Origin: Mobula hypostoma
Lineage: Eukaryota
Direction of reading: 5' to 3'
Assembly (NCBI RefSeq): GCF_963921235.1
Contig: NC_086108.1
Coordinates: 69,752,001-69,816,000 of the forward strand
Length of the DNA stretch: 64,000 nt
The notes beneath the pieces were generated by a model. That model made no database searches, had not been told where the DNA came from, and saw nothing but the letters and a program-made list of their open reading frames with translations. Made by a program: the position numbers and the translations under genes. How positions within the stretch are numbered: the stretch's first letter is position 1; the number at the start of each line of letters is the position of its first letter. Below, piece after piece: positions 1 through 14,040 of the stretch.

Positions 1-565
1 TGGCAGTGTGGAGGATCAGAGGGACCTTGGGGTCCGAGTCCATAGGACACTCAAAGCTGCTGCGCAAGTTGACTGTGTGGTTAAGAAGGCATACAGTGTA
101 TTGGCCTTCATCAACCGTAGGATTGAGTTCAAGAGCCGAGAGGTAATGTTACAGCTATACAGCACCCTGGTCAGACCCAACTTGGAGTACTGTGCTCAGT
201 TCTGGTCACCTCACTACAGGAAGGATGTGGAAGCCATAAAAAGGGTGCAGAGGATATTTACAAGGATGTTGCCTGGATTGGGGAGCGTGCCTTATGAGAA
301 TAGGTTGGGTGAACTTGGCCTTTTCTCCTTGGAGTGATGGAGGATGAGAGGTAACCTAATAGTGCTGAGTGCGTGGAATGGGCTGCCAGCAACGGTGGTG
401 GAGGCGGATATAATAGGGTCTTTTAAGAGACTCCTGGATAGGTACATGGAGCTCAGAAAAATAGAGGGCTATGGGTAACTGCAGATAATTTCTAAAGTAA
501 GTACATGTTTGGCACAGCATTGTGGGCTGAAGGGCCTGTATTATGCTGTAGGTTTTCTATGTTCC
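1..565 (+). mobile_element. CR1-clade LINE, 3' fragment (RT C-terminus and 3' UTR)
   Basis: QLYSTLVRPNLEYCAQFWSPHYRKD motif; internal stop and deletion; ttctatgtt-type tail. Confidence 0.9.
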
Positions 566-1896
566 TAAAATCACTGCAGATACCTAGTGCATATAATGGA
601 CTGTCTTCGTACAATGCAATCAAAGATTGCATCCTCCAAATAATTGCAATTTCATGCTGGGCCCAGAGTTTTTGGAGTCCAGAATGTGCTGCCTGGTAGT
701 GTAGTGGAAGCAAATATTCTCATCACATTTGAAAAGGATCTTGGCAGGTACTTGGTTTCATCATGAAATGTTGACTGTACTCTTTTCCACTGATGCTGCC
801 TAGCCTGCTGAGCTCCTCCAGCATTCTGTGTGTGTTGCAAGTACCAAAGGTTAGGAAACTGATGTGAGTAAATGGTGCTGGTATACTGTATATTGGTGCA
901 ACATTCGGTATGGATATGGGCTGAAAGACCTGTTTCTGTGCTATAAAGCTGTTGTTATGTGGAACTTGTGTATTTTGGCTCTTCTATAGTAATAAGCATC
1001 ATCAGTGTTTAAGAAGGCAGCTCATCTCTGTTTCATCATGGCATTTAGAGTCCCAGGTGCATCAGGGATATGTGTCTCTTTTGCATCAGTGATACACGAA
1101 GCATGTGAACAAATAAAATTAAAAAAGTATGTGCTTCCTTGGTTGTAATGACCTGCAGGAAACCCAAAGGTGATGCAATTAAAAAAAAAACTATGGCTCC
1201 CCATGCAGCCTTCAAAGTTTTGGAAATTTCAGTTTGGAACCACTGAATTTGAAGGTTAAAAGATTCAAGGTACATTTGTAATCAAAGTATGTGTGCAGTA
1301 TACAACCCTGAGATTCGTCTTCGCAGACAGCCATGAAACAAAGAAAACCATGGAACTCATTCAAAGAAACAAAAACCTAATGTGCTTTTTTAAAAAAAAC
1401 AGATCATACAAATAACAAATAATGAGTGAAAAACAGAATATAAAACATGAAACAACAGAGGCATGGAAGCAGTCTACGAATATTCAGTTTAGTTTAGTTC
1501 AGTTCAGTTCAATTTAGCGCTGTGCCGTTCATTTGCTGCAGGCTGTAGAGCTAGCCGCCCTGGTCAAAATCATACAAAATAGCAATAAAAAAGAGTAACC
1601 AGAAACACACATAACATGAACTGCAGAGTACAATCCACCAACCGCATTTCGATTAAACCTTGCCCAAGATCCAAGACTCTGGCAATATTGAGTGAGACAG
1701 AGAGGGAGACCAGTCAAACGCAGGCAGATGGTGCTGAACACCTGCTCGTCTTCAGCTCTCATCCTCATAGACTTTAATCTTGCTCAATGCTTTATTCTGT
1801 GCGAAATGGGGTCGATCATGGTCTCAAACCCTGTCTCCAGGTTTCTTGGCCTCCTGGCTGCACACTCCACTCGAAGCCTCACCGAACTACCTAGGA

Positions 1897-3880
1897 CAGT
1901 GGTCCCCAAATCATGTGCTACCGGGCTGCGAGGAAACGATATGATTTCTGCACCTTTCCTCATTCCCTGTCACACACTGTTGAACTTGAACGCACGCAAA
2001 GTCATTCTGCACGCGTCATCCATGTCAGCGTGGGAAGAAGATCAACTCCTCAAGCTTGCAAATGATGGCGAGCTGAAAAGTATGTTTGACATAACATCTC
2101 TGCCGGCATTCTGGATCAAAGTCAAAACTAAGTATCCTGAGATAGCCGCAAAAGCACTGAAAACGTTGCTTCCATTTCCAACATATCTCTGTGAAGCGGG
2201 GTTTTCTGCAATGAATGCAACGAAAACTAAATTGTGGAATAGACTGGACATAAGGAACCCCCTTCGAGTATCGCTGTCTCCCATCACCCCTCGAGAGGAC
2301 CGTCTTGTTGCAGGGAAGCAAGCCCAGGGCTCCCACTGATTCAGTGATATTGGTGTGTTGCAATGATTTTTTTTAAATTGTTTATTTTATTTTTATTTAC
2401 AAACAAAAAAAACCAAAAAAAAACAGCACATCCACAAAAACCACAACCATAACAAAATGAAATTAAATATTGAGCAGCAAAAGGGAGAAAAATATAAAGG
2501 CAAAAGTAAGCATAACACAACAGAGGTGCACCACACCAGAAAACCTCAGTCCTCACCCCTTGAGAAAGTCCAATACAGGGCCCCATATCCTTTCAAAGAT
2601 ATCCCCTCTGTCCTCATTATATAGTCTCAGTCTCTCCAAATGTGAAGTATTTGCCAGTTCTCTTAGCCACAGATTATACGTAGGCACAGAGTCCATTTTC
2701 CACATTTGCAGGATTAACTTAGCAATCACCATTCCAAATAATACAGCCATATTTTCATTCATACTGGCTGAAGATAGGGAGCTTGCTGCTCCAAGGATGG
2801 CTATGAGGGGGCCTGGTTCCCACCGCTTCCCAAAAGCCTCAGAGAAACAGTGAAAAATACTTTTCCAGTATGCATAAAGCTTACAACATGACCAGAATGA
2901 ATGTGACAAGTTACTGTTCACAGATTTACATCTATTACAAACTGGTGAAACATCAGGGTAGAAACTGTGCAACTTTTCTTTGGAATAATGGAGTCTATGT
3001 ATTGTTTTAAACTGTGTAAGTCAGTGTCTGATGTTGACTGAACAATGATTTTATATGTTCATATGAGGAAAATATGTGCTGTGTGTTTAATATCCAAACA
3101 TTACTTAAAATGTTATGATGTTACTGACATAAGTGACTTATAATTGACTTATCCCTATATTCATGGGAGGAAAATATGCGCTGTGTGTTTGATATTAAAT
3201 TTGTCAGATAAACCCTTTTAGAAATGAAATTGAGTGTATTAGCCACTTATAAGTGACATAGTTGACTTATCACCTATATTCCGGTTGTGATTAACACCCC
3301 CCCCCCCCCAGGGTTGCCAACTGTCCTGTATTAGCCGGGACATCCCATATATTGGGCTAAATTGGTTTGTCCCACATGGGACCGCCCTTGTCCCGTATTT
3401 CCCCTGCTAAGGTAGAGCGTTCCTATGAAACCTTTCGTGCCGAAATAGCGAAAAGCAAAGAAGCAATTACCATTAATTTATATAGGAAAAATTTTTGAGT
3501 GCTCCCAGACCCAAAAAAACCTACCAATTCATACCAAATAACACACAAAACCTAAAATAACACTAACATATAGTAAAAGCCTATATAAAGTAGAAATAAT
3601 GTATGTACAGTGTAGTTTCACTGAACAGAATTGCCAAAAATGATTTGTAGAAAAAAATCGGCACATACATGCATGCGCAAACAGGTACCCGCGCAAGGCT
3701 TCATGGTCATGGTAGTCTTTCTCAGGGTAAACACAAGTGTTCCATATTTGACTGCTACTCTTGTCGGTTGGCAACCCTACCTCCCACACATCCCCCCCCC
3801 CCAGTTGGTCAGTCCGCAAGAATATTGTCAATATTAAACCGGTCCGTGGTGCAAAACTGTTGGGGACCCCTGAACCCCTG
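1897..3880 (+). mobile_element. hAT Charlie/Buster non-autonomous transposon with nested insertions
   Basis: TIRs cagtggtccccaa / ttggggacccctg; 8-bp TSD acctagga (1889-1896, 3881-3888); hAT dimerisation-domain remnant LPAFWIKVKTKYPEIA..ALKTLLPFPTYLCEAGFS. Confidence 0.9.
2371..3042 (-). mobile_element. L1/Tx1-clade LINE, 5'-truncated 3' end, inserted in Charlie
   Basis: ORF2 C-terminal CNRC..HSFWSC zinc knuckle; A-rich tail on the minus strand; TSD caatgatttt (2361-2370, 3043-3052). Confidence 0.85.
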
Positions 3881-4556
3881 ACCTAGGAGACAGCAAGGTG
3901 TCAGATTGTTCAATCGGCCTGAAAACACATGGTCAAAATGTATATCATGGGTTCCAGTCGCACGTAAAAGCTTAGTAGCAGAATCATATTTGAAAGAAGT
4001 AGTTAAGTGAGTAGTTTTGTGAACTGTCTGTAGGAGGTGCAGGCGAAAAGGGCGGAATGGCCTACTCCTGCACCTATTTTCTATGTTTCTATGTTGTCTT
4101 TGGTCACCTTGTTTGCTGGCACCATCTTCAGTAAATAAGTAAGAAAAATTTGAACAAAATTAACCTATGGGTGATATAGAAGATATAGCAAATAGATTTT
4201 GCACAAATAAACTTTAAAGTTATGAAGGGGAGGGTCACATTATAAGGTGTTTTAATGATTACATATGTTGTATAATTATTGTAAAATCTCTCTGCCAACA
4301 GCTGTCTTTGTAAGGTCATTGCTGAATATTTTTAAGATCGATTTGATTCAAGATCAATGGAAAAATGACTAGCAGAGATTCTTGGGGAAAAGAAATCCAT
4401 GCTTCAAAGGGCCAAAATTTCATGAGGTTTAAATTGCAAAGACAATGAATGATCTAGTATTTTGGAAAGAAGTTAATTAATAGTATTATAAGGCCTCCAT
4501 TTCTATTGGCTCCATTATTGTTTTATCAAAATTTCTAATCTTGTATATGTTTACAG

Positions 4557-4633
4557 CCCGTGATGCTGATGAGAGAGAGCAGTGGATTCATGCATTAGAA
4601 GAAACTATTCTACGTCATACTCTGCAGCTCAGG
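4557..4633 (+). CDS. OSBPL9: Oxysterol-binding protein-related protein 9, internal coding exon (C-terminal end of PH domain)
   Basis: tttacag|CC CGT...CTC AGG|gtgagt; 77 nt translating (A)[25 protein letters not shown], which matches the remembered human ORP9 sequence [26 protein letters not shown]; ends in phase 0. Confidence 0.95.
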
Positions 4634-6307
4634 GTGAGTTTTTATTGGATTTTGATGTAAAATACTACGTGTCTATGGGAATCAATTTCTACATCACTTC
4701 CAGTAGAAAAGTACTGAAGAAGTTAAGCTTTTAAAGCTCATAGACTAAAAATAACTGCTGTCGAATGCAGTTCCAGTGTAGTATTATGACTGATGTGCAT
4801 TCCAGAGGTTGACCCTATGATACTGAAGCAATATGACACTTGGATTGTTGCATAAGAAAATAAAAAGATTCATTGGTAATATTTTGGGGAAAGAGATTTT
4901 GATTTTTACTCAAGGTGGGCTGCTTAGACTGGAGGAGATGATGCTTTCCTCAAATTGTTAATTTGCAAATGAGAAGAAGTAAAGTTTACAAGCTTTCAAC
5001 AACCTTTTGGGTCAAAATTTAGTTCTGATGTGTTTGCCCAAATCTGTCATCTAATAGGCATATTGACCTGGATAACTGACAAGAAAGGAGTCGAGCTTGT
5101 CAGCTTGAAAACATAGATAAACAGTAAGATGTTGATCCTGCTGAATTTAACGAGAATGGTCTATTCACTCATTGATTAGGATATCAAATGCAATGCATTT
5201 GACTTGCTCATTTCTAATCTCTAAACTTCAAAGAGCAGACGGGTGTCAGAAGCAAGCTGATCAGCAAGAAGGACATTGCCAACACCTGTAAGGAACCAAT
5301 GTAGTTAGTAAGAGTATCTTTGAGTATCTAATATACAGGTTCACATTTTTGGTGCAGTTGCCTCACCCACAATATTGGTGAGGCCATTTGCATGTAAGTA
5401 CAGTCATCATAAGGAAGGCATATGTACTGTTGGAAATTGTTAGTCAACCAGTAAGTCTTTCTGGGACTGGACGCTCCAGCTAATACTTTCTTTAACCTTG
5501 TACTACTAAACTCATTTTTTGTACTGGAGAAAATCTACCATTCCTGCATCCTTGGCTTTTTCTGCTTGGCCCCAAATCCACTTATACACAATGGCCTACT
5601 ATCATTCAAAGAGATTATCTACTGTTTGCAGTTGAATTGTTTAATTTTCGGTTGGTTGTACATTTCTACAAATGTTTTAAAGTTGCCAAGAGTTGTAAGC
5701 CTGATGCTTTTGGGCATTTCTTAACTTTGAGATTAATGTAAAAATCACTTGCTATAAGAATTTAATGCATTCTTTATGGGAAAACAGCATATCTGGAAGA
5801 AAAAGCTGAGGTCTTAGAGCATAAGACTAGTTGCTTGAAGAGTGAGGAGGAATAGTGGGAGGTACCGGCCATGTTTTCTTGCGATGTTTAAAGAACATTT
5901 TCTTAAGGGAATGTATTGGACATGTGTATTTCAGAGGAGGAAAACTAGCGCAAAATAAGGATTAATTGTTGAAATTGAAACAGTATCTACTAAGTTTGCT
6001 GCAAAAGAATGCCCCTTGGAGAAAGGGGTTGAGCTAGAATGCCAGGGGATCATGAAGTGTTGTAGTTCCTATTGACAGGTCTGTTCATCCCCCATTATTT
6101 CCTCATCCCCTTCCCATGCTTTGCTGGTGTGGATTTCTTTCTTCTTCATTCCATCTCTTGTTATTTTCTCTTGCCTTCTTCAGGCTGGAGTCACTAAATA
6201 TGCTTTAGTGATGACCTACTTGAAGAATAACTACAAAGTTTAAGGCCTGTTTCTATGCATTACATTTATAAGAATCCAAGTGAGTATCTTGTGCAGATTT
6301 CCTAATA

Positions 6308-6461
6308 CAGGTTGACCTTCACTAATCCGGCACCATTGGGACCTGAGGAGTGCCGGATTAGTGAAAATGCCAAATTATAGAAGGATCACATTAAGCATAA
6401 TCAGTGCCGGATTATCGAAGGAACCGGATTACAGGTAGTTGGATTAGTGAAGGTCGACCTG
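6308..6461. mobile_element. Tigger/mariner-type MITE
   Basis: TIRs caggttgaccttcactaatcc / ggattagtgaaggtcgacctg; TA on both sides; internal repeats of ccggatta. Confidence 0.85.
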
Positions 6462-6835
6462 TACTATGTTAACTACTCACCAGCTTCACTTCCCCACCTG
6501 ACAATCTCGTGCATTAGGCAAGGGAGTGTACCTGAGTTCCATATATACAATGTGGTCAACCCAAGCTCACCCATGTCAAAATATAGGGAGCAATAAAGAG
6601 TGATGATGAAGAGACTGAAATACTCAACGTGGACTGATTGAACAATGTACTAGTGGAACTCAGCATGTCAAATAGCATCTGTGGAGGTAAAAGGAATTGT
6701 CAACATTTTGGGTTAAAGCCCTGAATGTGGTGTGACTTTTGGTGATCTTGTTGCAGGTGGTGCATGAATATTGAGCTTTATGTGCTGAGGTGTGACTTTA
6801 TATTGAAGAGGGTATCATAACCCTCATAACTTCAA

Positions 6836-8440
6836 GTGGTGCCATGGTAATGTAGTTGAGAGCGTGAAGCTATTCTGGCTTGGGGCTTTGGAATTCAGAG
6901 TTCAATCCCAGTGTCCTCTGTATGACCTCCCCATGGAATGTATAGGTTTTCTCCTGGTGCTCCGGTTCAGAACATAGAATAGTACAGCACAGTACAGGCC
7001 CTTCAGCCCACAATGTTGTGCCGACCCTCAAACCCTGCCTCCTATATAAGCCCCCACCTTAAATTCCTCCATATACCTGTCTAGCAGTCTCTTAAACTTC
7101 ACTGGTGTATCTGCCTCCACCACTGACTCAGGCAGTGCATTCCACGCACCAACCACTCTCTGAGTAACAAACCTTCCTCTAATATCCCCCTTGAACTTCC
7201 CACCCCTTACCTTAAAGCCATGTTCTCTTGTATTGAGCAGTGGAGCCCTGGGGAAGAGGTGCCGGCTATCCATTCTATCTATTCCTCTTATTATCTTGTA
7301 CACCTCTATTATGTCTTCTCTCATCCTCCTTCTCTCCAAAGAGCAAAGCCCTAGCTCCCTTAATCTCTGATCATAATGCATACTCTCTAAACCAGGCAGC
7401 ATCCTGGTAAATCTCCTCTGTACCCTTTCCAATGCTTCCACATCCTTCCTATAGTGAGGCGACCAGAACTGGACACAGTACTCCAAGTGTGGCCTAACCA
7501 GAGTTTTATAGAGCTGCATCATTACATCACAACTCTTAAACTATATCCCTCGACTTATGAAAGCTAACACCCCATAAGCTTTCTTAACTACCCTATCCAC
7601 CTAAGAGGCAACTTGCAGGGATCTGTGGGCATGTACCCCCAGATCCCTCTGCTCCTCCACACTACCAAGTATCCTGTCATTTACTTTGTACTCTGCCTTG
7701 GAGTTTGTCCTTCCAAAGTATACCACCTCACACTTCTCTGGGTTGAACTCCATCTGCCACTTCTCAGCCCACTTCTGCATCCTATCAATGTCTCTCTGCA
7801 ATTTTCGACAATCCTTTACACTATCTACAACACCACCAACCTTTGTGTTGTCTGCAAACTTGCTAACCCACCCTTCTACCCCCACATCCAGGTCATTAAT
7901 AAAAATCACGAAAAGTAGAGGTCCCAGAACAGATCCTTGTGGGACACCACTGGTCACAATCCTCCAATATGAATGTACTCCCTCCACCACCACCCTCTGC
8001 CTTCTGCAGGCAAGCCAATTCTGAATCCACCTGGCCAAGCTTCCCTGGATCCCATGCCTTCTGACTTTCTGAATAAGCCTACCGTGTGGAACCTTGTCAA
8101 ATGCCTTACTAAAATCCAGGTGGATCACATCCACTGTACTACCCTCATCTATATGCCTGGTCACCTCCTCAAAGAACTCTATCAGGCTTGTTAGACACGA
8201 TCTGCCCTTCACAAAGCCATGCTGACTGTCCCTGAGGAGACCACGATTCCCTAAATGCCCATAGATCCTCTCTCTAAGAATCTTTTCCTCCCACAGTCCA
8301 AAGACACACCAGTTAGTAGGTTAATTGGTCATTGTAAATTGTCCCATGATTATACTAGGGTTAAATTGGGGGTTGTTGGGGTTTGCTAGGCAGTGTGGCT
8401 CAAAAAGCCAGGAGGGCCTGTTACGTGCTGTATCTCAATT
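6836..8440 (+). mobile_element. V-domain (HE1-like) SINE split by a CR1 insertion
   Basis: tRNA-like head with gagttcaatccc B-box; V-domain-like ggttttctcctggtgctccggtt|ttcctcccacagtccaaagac continues across the insertion. Confidence 0.7.
6968..8287 (-). mobile_element. CR1 LINE ORF2 (RT) 3' portion
   Basis: LDFSKAFDKVPH, SGVPQGSVLGP, FADNTK and LVRPHLEYC motifs in ORFs 7601-8212 and 7028-7522. Confidence 0.95.
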
Positions 8441-9109
8441 TTTAAAAATTATTTAAAATAGATATAATAAAACAAAGTTTTTAACAAATTTACCAGTTTT
8501 AGAGTGGATCAAACCAAACTTGATCAGTAGATGTCACACATGAGTTTCAACTGCATGGGGTTGAGTTCTGCCTAGCAAAGAAGGTGAATGTATTTTATAA
8601 TCAACCTCAAGGGACATAATTTTCTGTACACTACAGGGGAAGTGGGAGTTGGGAAACTTTTTTGTTTCATTTGCCAAGTATTTTATTGAAAGTTGTGTGA
8701 TCTTGAGACAGATTATGTTATTCTTTCCTGTTCTTCGTCTGGATGACTAGGTGCAGAGGCATAAGTATAATGCACAAAGGAGGGTCCTGGGATTTTAAAC
8801 TTGTGGAGCATATATGGGATCAGTTTAACAATTATCCTTGCAATTTAGCAATTCATTGTCTGCTTTTATATAATTGTATAAAAGCAACTACTTGTAATGG
8901 CTTTGTAATGGCTATAGTATGTATGTTCTCACATTGCTCCTCAATTTTTTTTCTATTCCCTCGTTTCTCATGGAACTGAAATCCCTCATCCCTGGAATCA
9001 CTAATTCTATTTTTCTATATACTGTTTTCTGTGCCTTCCATACCTTTCTAAAAAGTAGAGTCCCAAATTGAACATTATATACCAATTTTAGCTAAAGGTT
9101 TTAAAAAAT

Positions 9110-12100
9110 TTATTCATTTACAGGGATATGGATGTGGGCGTCACCATCTAAGCCAAAATTTATTGCCTATCCCTAGGTGCCCTTGTGAAGGTGATGATGA
9201 GCTGTCTTATTGAACTGCTGCAATCCCCGAGGTGTAGGTACACCCACAGTGCTGTTAGGGAGACAACTGACCTCCAACCACCACAACCATCTTCCTTTGT
9301 GCCAAGTATGGTTCCAACCGGTGGAGGGTTTTCCCCCTAATTCCCATTGACTCCATTCTAGCTCGGGCAAAGCTGCCTTGATGTCGAGGGCTGTCACTCT
9401 CACCTCACCTCTAGTATTGAGCTCTTTGTTTGGACCAAGGAGGTGATGAGGTCAGGAGCTGAGTGTCCTTGACAGAACCCAGACTGGGCATCTGTAAGCA
9501 GGTTATTGCTGAGTAGGTGCTGCATGATAGTACTGTTAATGACCTCTTCATTACTTTGCTGATGATTGAGAGCAGGCTGAGAAGGCGGTAATTGGCTGGG
9601 TTGGACTTGTCCTGTTTCTTGTGTACAGGAGACACCTGGGCAATTTTCCACATTGCTGGGTAGATGCCGGTGTTGTAGCTGTAGTGCAGGGGTCCCCAAA
9701 CTTTTTTGCACTGCGGACTGGTTTATTATTGACAGTATTCTTGCGGATTGGCCGACCGGTGGGGGGAGGGGGGTAGGGTTGCCAACGGACAAAAGTAGCA
9801 GTCAAATATGTTGTGTTTACCCCAAGAAAGACTACCGTGACAATGAAGCCTTGCGCAGGCACCAGTGCGCATGTGTGACTTGCGCATGCGTGTACGTGCG
9901 CTGATTTTTTTCTACAAATCATTTTTGGTGATTCTGTTCGGGTGGGGAGGGTGTTGATCATGACCAGAATATAGGTGATAATTGGCTAATACACTCAATT
10001 TCGTTTCTAAAAAGGATTATCTAACGAATTTAATACTAAACACACAGCACATATTTTCCCCATATGAATATATAAAATCGTTGTAACACACTAATATCGC
10101 TGAATCAGTGGGAGCCCTGGGCTTGTTTCCCTGCAACAAGACGGTCCCATCGAGGTATAATGGGAGACAGCGATACTCGAAGGGGGTTCCTTATGTCCAG
10201 TTGATTCCGCAATTTAGTTTTCGTTGCATTCATTGCAGAGATATGTTAGAAATGGAAGCAACGTTTTCAGTGCTTTCGTGGCTATCTCAGGATACTTAGC
10301 CTTGACTTTGATCCGGAATGCTGGCAGAGATGTTATGTCAAACATACTTTTCAGCCTGCCGTCATTTGCAAGCTCGAGAAGTTGATCTTCTTCCCACGCT
10401 GACATGGATGACGCGCAGGTAATGACCTCGCGTGCGTTCAACAGTGGGTGTGACAGGGATTGAGGAAAGGTGCAGATGACTCATATCACCGAATCATATC
10501 GTTTCCTCGCGGCCTGGTAGCACATGCTCTGCAGCCCGGTAGTTGGGACCGCTGCTGTACTGGAACAGCTTGGCTAGTGACACAGTAGGTTCTGGAGCAC
10601 AAGTCTTCAGGACTATTGCAGGGATTTTGTCTGGGCCCATAACCTTTGTAATTTCCAGTGCTCTCAGCTGTTTCTTGATATCAAGTGGAGTGAATCGGAT
10701 TGACTGCATGCTGACATCTAGGATGCTGGGGACTTCTGGGGAGGTCGAGCCGGATCATCTACTTGGCACTTCTGACTGAAGATTGTTGTAAATGCCTCAG
10801 CCTTGTCGTTTGCACAGGTGTGCCGGGCTCCTCTATCACTGAGGTTGGGGATATTTGTGGAGCCGCCTCCTCGAGTAAGTAGTTTGATGGTCCACCATCG
10901 TGTGGCAGGACTACAGAGCTTAGATCTGATCCATTGGTTGTGAGACCATTTAGCTCTGTGTACTACTTGCTGCTTATGGTGTTTGGCATGAGAGTAGCCC
11001 TGTATTGTGGCTTCACCAGGGTGATGCCTCATATTGAGATATGCCTGGTGTTGTTCTCGGCATGCCTCCTGTACTCTTCATTGAACCAAGGTTGATCCCC
11101 TGGCCTGGTGGGAATGTTAGAGTGGGGGATATGCTGGGCCATGAGGTTACAGATTGTAGTTGAGTTCAATTCTGCTGCTGCTGATGGCCCACAGCACCTC
11201 GTAGATGCCCAGACTTCGAAGTCTATCCCATTTAGCACGGTGGTAGTGTCACACAATGCGATGGAGGGTTTCTTCAATGTGGAGACAGGATTTAGACTCC
11301 ACAAATACTGTGCGGTGGTCACTTCTACCAATGCTGTCATGGACAGATGCTTCTGTGGCAGGCAGATTGGTGAGATAAGGTCAAGCGTATTTTTCCCTTG
11401 TGTTGGTTCCCTCACCACTTGCTGTAGTCCCAGTCTAGAGCTTGGTCTGTGGTGGTACTGCTGAGACACTCTTGGTGATGGACAATGAAGTTCCCCCACC
11501 CAGAGTACGTTCTGTGCCCTTGCCACCCTCAATGCCTTCTCCAAGTGCTGCTCAACATGGAGAAGTACTCATTCATCAGCTGAGGGAGGATGGGACTTGG
11601 TAATCAGCAGGAGGTTTCCTGGCCCATGTTTAACCTAGTATTATGAGACCTCATGGGGTCCAGAGTTGATGTTCGGAGATGTCAGGGCAACTGCCTGTCT
11701 ACTGTCTACCACTGTGCCACCACCTCTGTTAGGTCTGTCCTGCTGGGGGACAGTGCATATCCAAGAATGGTGATGATGGAGTCCGGAATGTTAACGGTAA
11801 GGTATGATTCTGTCAGTACAACTACGTCAGGCTATTGCTTGACTTTGGCACAAGTCACCAGATGTTAGTAAGGAGGACTTTGCATGGTCAACAAGGCTGG
11901 TTTTGCCATTGTCACTTCCAGTGCCTAGGTCGATGCCAGGTGATCCGTCCGGGTTCATTCCTTACTATTTTCTTTTTAGCGGTTGTATACAACTTAATGG
12001 CTTGCTAGGCCATTTCAGAGGGCATTTAAGAGTCAACCACATTGCCATGGGTCTGAGTCACACATAGGCCAGACCAGGTAGGATTGCTCCACTAAAGGAC

Positions 12101-12260
12101 AGTAGTGAACCAGATGGTTTTTTATGACAATCAACATGATTTCATGGTCATCAGATATTTTTATTGAATTCAAATTCACCATCTGCCATGGTGGGATTTG
12201 AACTCAGCATATAATTGGGTCTCTGGATTACTGATCCAGTGTTAATTACCACTACACCAA
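9110..12260 (-). mobile_element. Degenerate CR1/jockey-group LINE (endonuclease and RT), interrupted by Charlie
   Basis: EPTQGKNTLDL, DQPWFNEE, GPDKIPAIVLKTCAPE and WKIAQVSPVHKKQDKSNPANYR motifs; many frameshifts. Confidence 0.8.
9687..10554 (-). mobile_element. hAT Charlie non-autonomous transposon, second copy
   Basis: Homologous to 1897-3880 in the opposite orientation; near-perfect 8-bp TSD ctgtagtg / ctgtactg. Confidence 0.9.
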
Positions 12261-12469
12261 ATTTTCCTTGAGATGGCCTCAGAGTTTGTACAGTATGTCC
12301 CAGTTTTTGTATTCTCTGACTGTATGAATAAAACATGGACTGGTTTTTATTTTCAGTCTAAACTGCCACCTTCAAAATTTTTGCACCAATATACAAGTCA
12401 CTTAGTTCTTGTACTGTTTTTGCTGCAAAGATATTATTACTTACCCCTCTTCATTTAAATGTATCTACC

Positions 12470-13297
12470 TATTGTTGGCAGAATTTCAGATGGTGACGAG
12501 ATGGCGTACAGGAGCAAGATGTATCAGCTGGTTGAGTGGTGTTTTGCAGCAACAATGTCAATAAGAACAAATAACTGATTGTGGAGTTGAGAAAGCATAA
12601 AGCAGGGGAACACATACCAGACTTCATTGAGGGAAAGAGTGAGCAATTTCAAGTTTCTAGGTGTCAATATCTCTGAGAAACTATCCTGGGCCCAACATAT
12701 TGAAGCAGATATAAAGAAGGCATGACAGCAGATGTATTTCATTAGGAGTTTGAGGAGATTTTGTATGTCACCAAAGACACTTGCAAATTTCTACAGATGT
12801 CCTGTGGAGAGCATTCTAACTGTCTGTTATGGGTGGGCTACTGCACAGGATCAGAATGAGCTGCAGAGACTTGTAAGATTAGTCAGGTCCATCATGTGTA
12901 CTAGCCTCCAGAATATCATGTGCACTAGTATCCAGAACATCTTCAAGGAGCGATGCCTCGAAAAGGCGGCATCCATCATTAAGTACTCCCATCACCCAAG
13001 ACATGCCCTGTTCTCATTGCTGGCATCGTCAGGAGGTACAGGAGCCTGAAGGCACACACTCAATGATTCAGAAACAGCTTCTTCCCTTCAGTCATTCAAT
13101 TTCTGAATGGACATTGAACCTGTGAACACCACTTCACTACTTTTTTATTTTTATTTTTGCACTACTTATTTAATTGAACTATTTAATATGTAAATACTTA
13201 TTGTAATTCATGTTTTTGTCTGTTATGTATTACATTGTACTGCTGCCGCAAAGACAACAAATTTTGCTGATGCCGGTGATACTAAACCAGATTCTGA
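12470..13297 (+). mobile_element. Rex1/Babar-type LINE 3' fragment
   Basis: MYFIRSLRRF..KTLANFYRC.VESILT and HHPRHALFSLL motifs; 3' tail ..taaaccagattctgat. Confidence 0.8.
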
Positions 13298-13535
13298 TGC
13301 ATATTCTTCTGTCAAACCACTTCAGGAGCTTGAAGCTTTTCATTGTCCTCATTGTGTCTGTTGCAGCCAAGTACTTAACATCCAGTTCAAATACCAGCTT
13401 GTGGTGAACATTTTTGTATGTCTACTCCATACAAAAAATCAACATTCACCATCACTCTGCTTTGTGTCCCTTGGGTAATTTGTAATTTATGTGCTGCCAC
13501 ATTTTTCATTGCTAAGCATGTTTGGTAGTCTATTC

Positions 13536-14038
13536 TGTTGGATGTGACTATTTAATTCTTAGATTAGACTTTCATTGACATTTCTTTGGCAGTTTAAAAA
13601 CAAATTATCTGCTTGTATCTTATATAATTGTGTAAAAGTGACTGATCATTCTGTTTCTTAATGTCTGGAGTATGTTCTGTATATGCAAGTTTAATATTTC
13701 TCTAGTGGTTATGCAAAGTATACTTGTAGTAAGCTCTGGAAACTTTTGTTCTGCGTCATTTGAATGATGACTTTCTAATTGGTTAACTCTTATCTATAAA
13801 GTTAAATGGAATTGTTCCTTATCTATGGGTGTAAAATAGCTAAACACAAAGCAGCATCATCTTATTCTTAGTTCTTGGTTCCTTTGTCCCTCTGTTAGCT
13901 TAGTAGACATCTATCACTGTCTGTTCTGTCCACTTCCTTTGTTCTATCAATGCTTAAGAAAACAATTGTGAAGTAGCAAGTTTTGTGCCTCTTTCTTGAC
14001 TTCTAAAAGAACCTTCGATTAAAACATCAGAATCAAAA
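13536..14038 (+). repeat. ERV 5' LTR
   Basis: Starts TGTTGGA; aligns by eye with 21264-21588 plus 22465-22630; followed by the PBS. Confidence 0.85.
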
Positions 14039-14040
14039 TG

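Larger units (their letters stand above)
1255..4127 (-). mobile_element. Non-autonomous LINE-derived (Rex1-like tail) element, interrupted by a Charlie transposon and a short CR1 3' tail (about 4040-4095)
   Basis: 3' tail resembles those at 23520 and 34085; 5' end reads AAGATGGTGCC on the minus strand; the sequence is split at the acctagga TSD. Confidence 0.5.

Noticed and set aside
1692..2339. 215-aa ORF resembling the C-terminus of ZBED/SCAND3/FAM200 proteins
   Set aside because: It reads through from flanking repeat into a non-autonomous Charlie with TIRs, a TSD and a second copy nearby; not a domesticated gene
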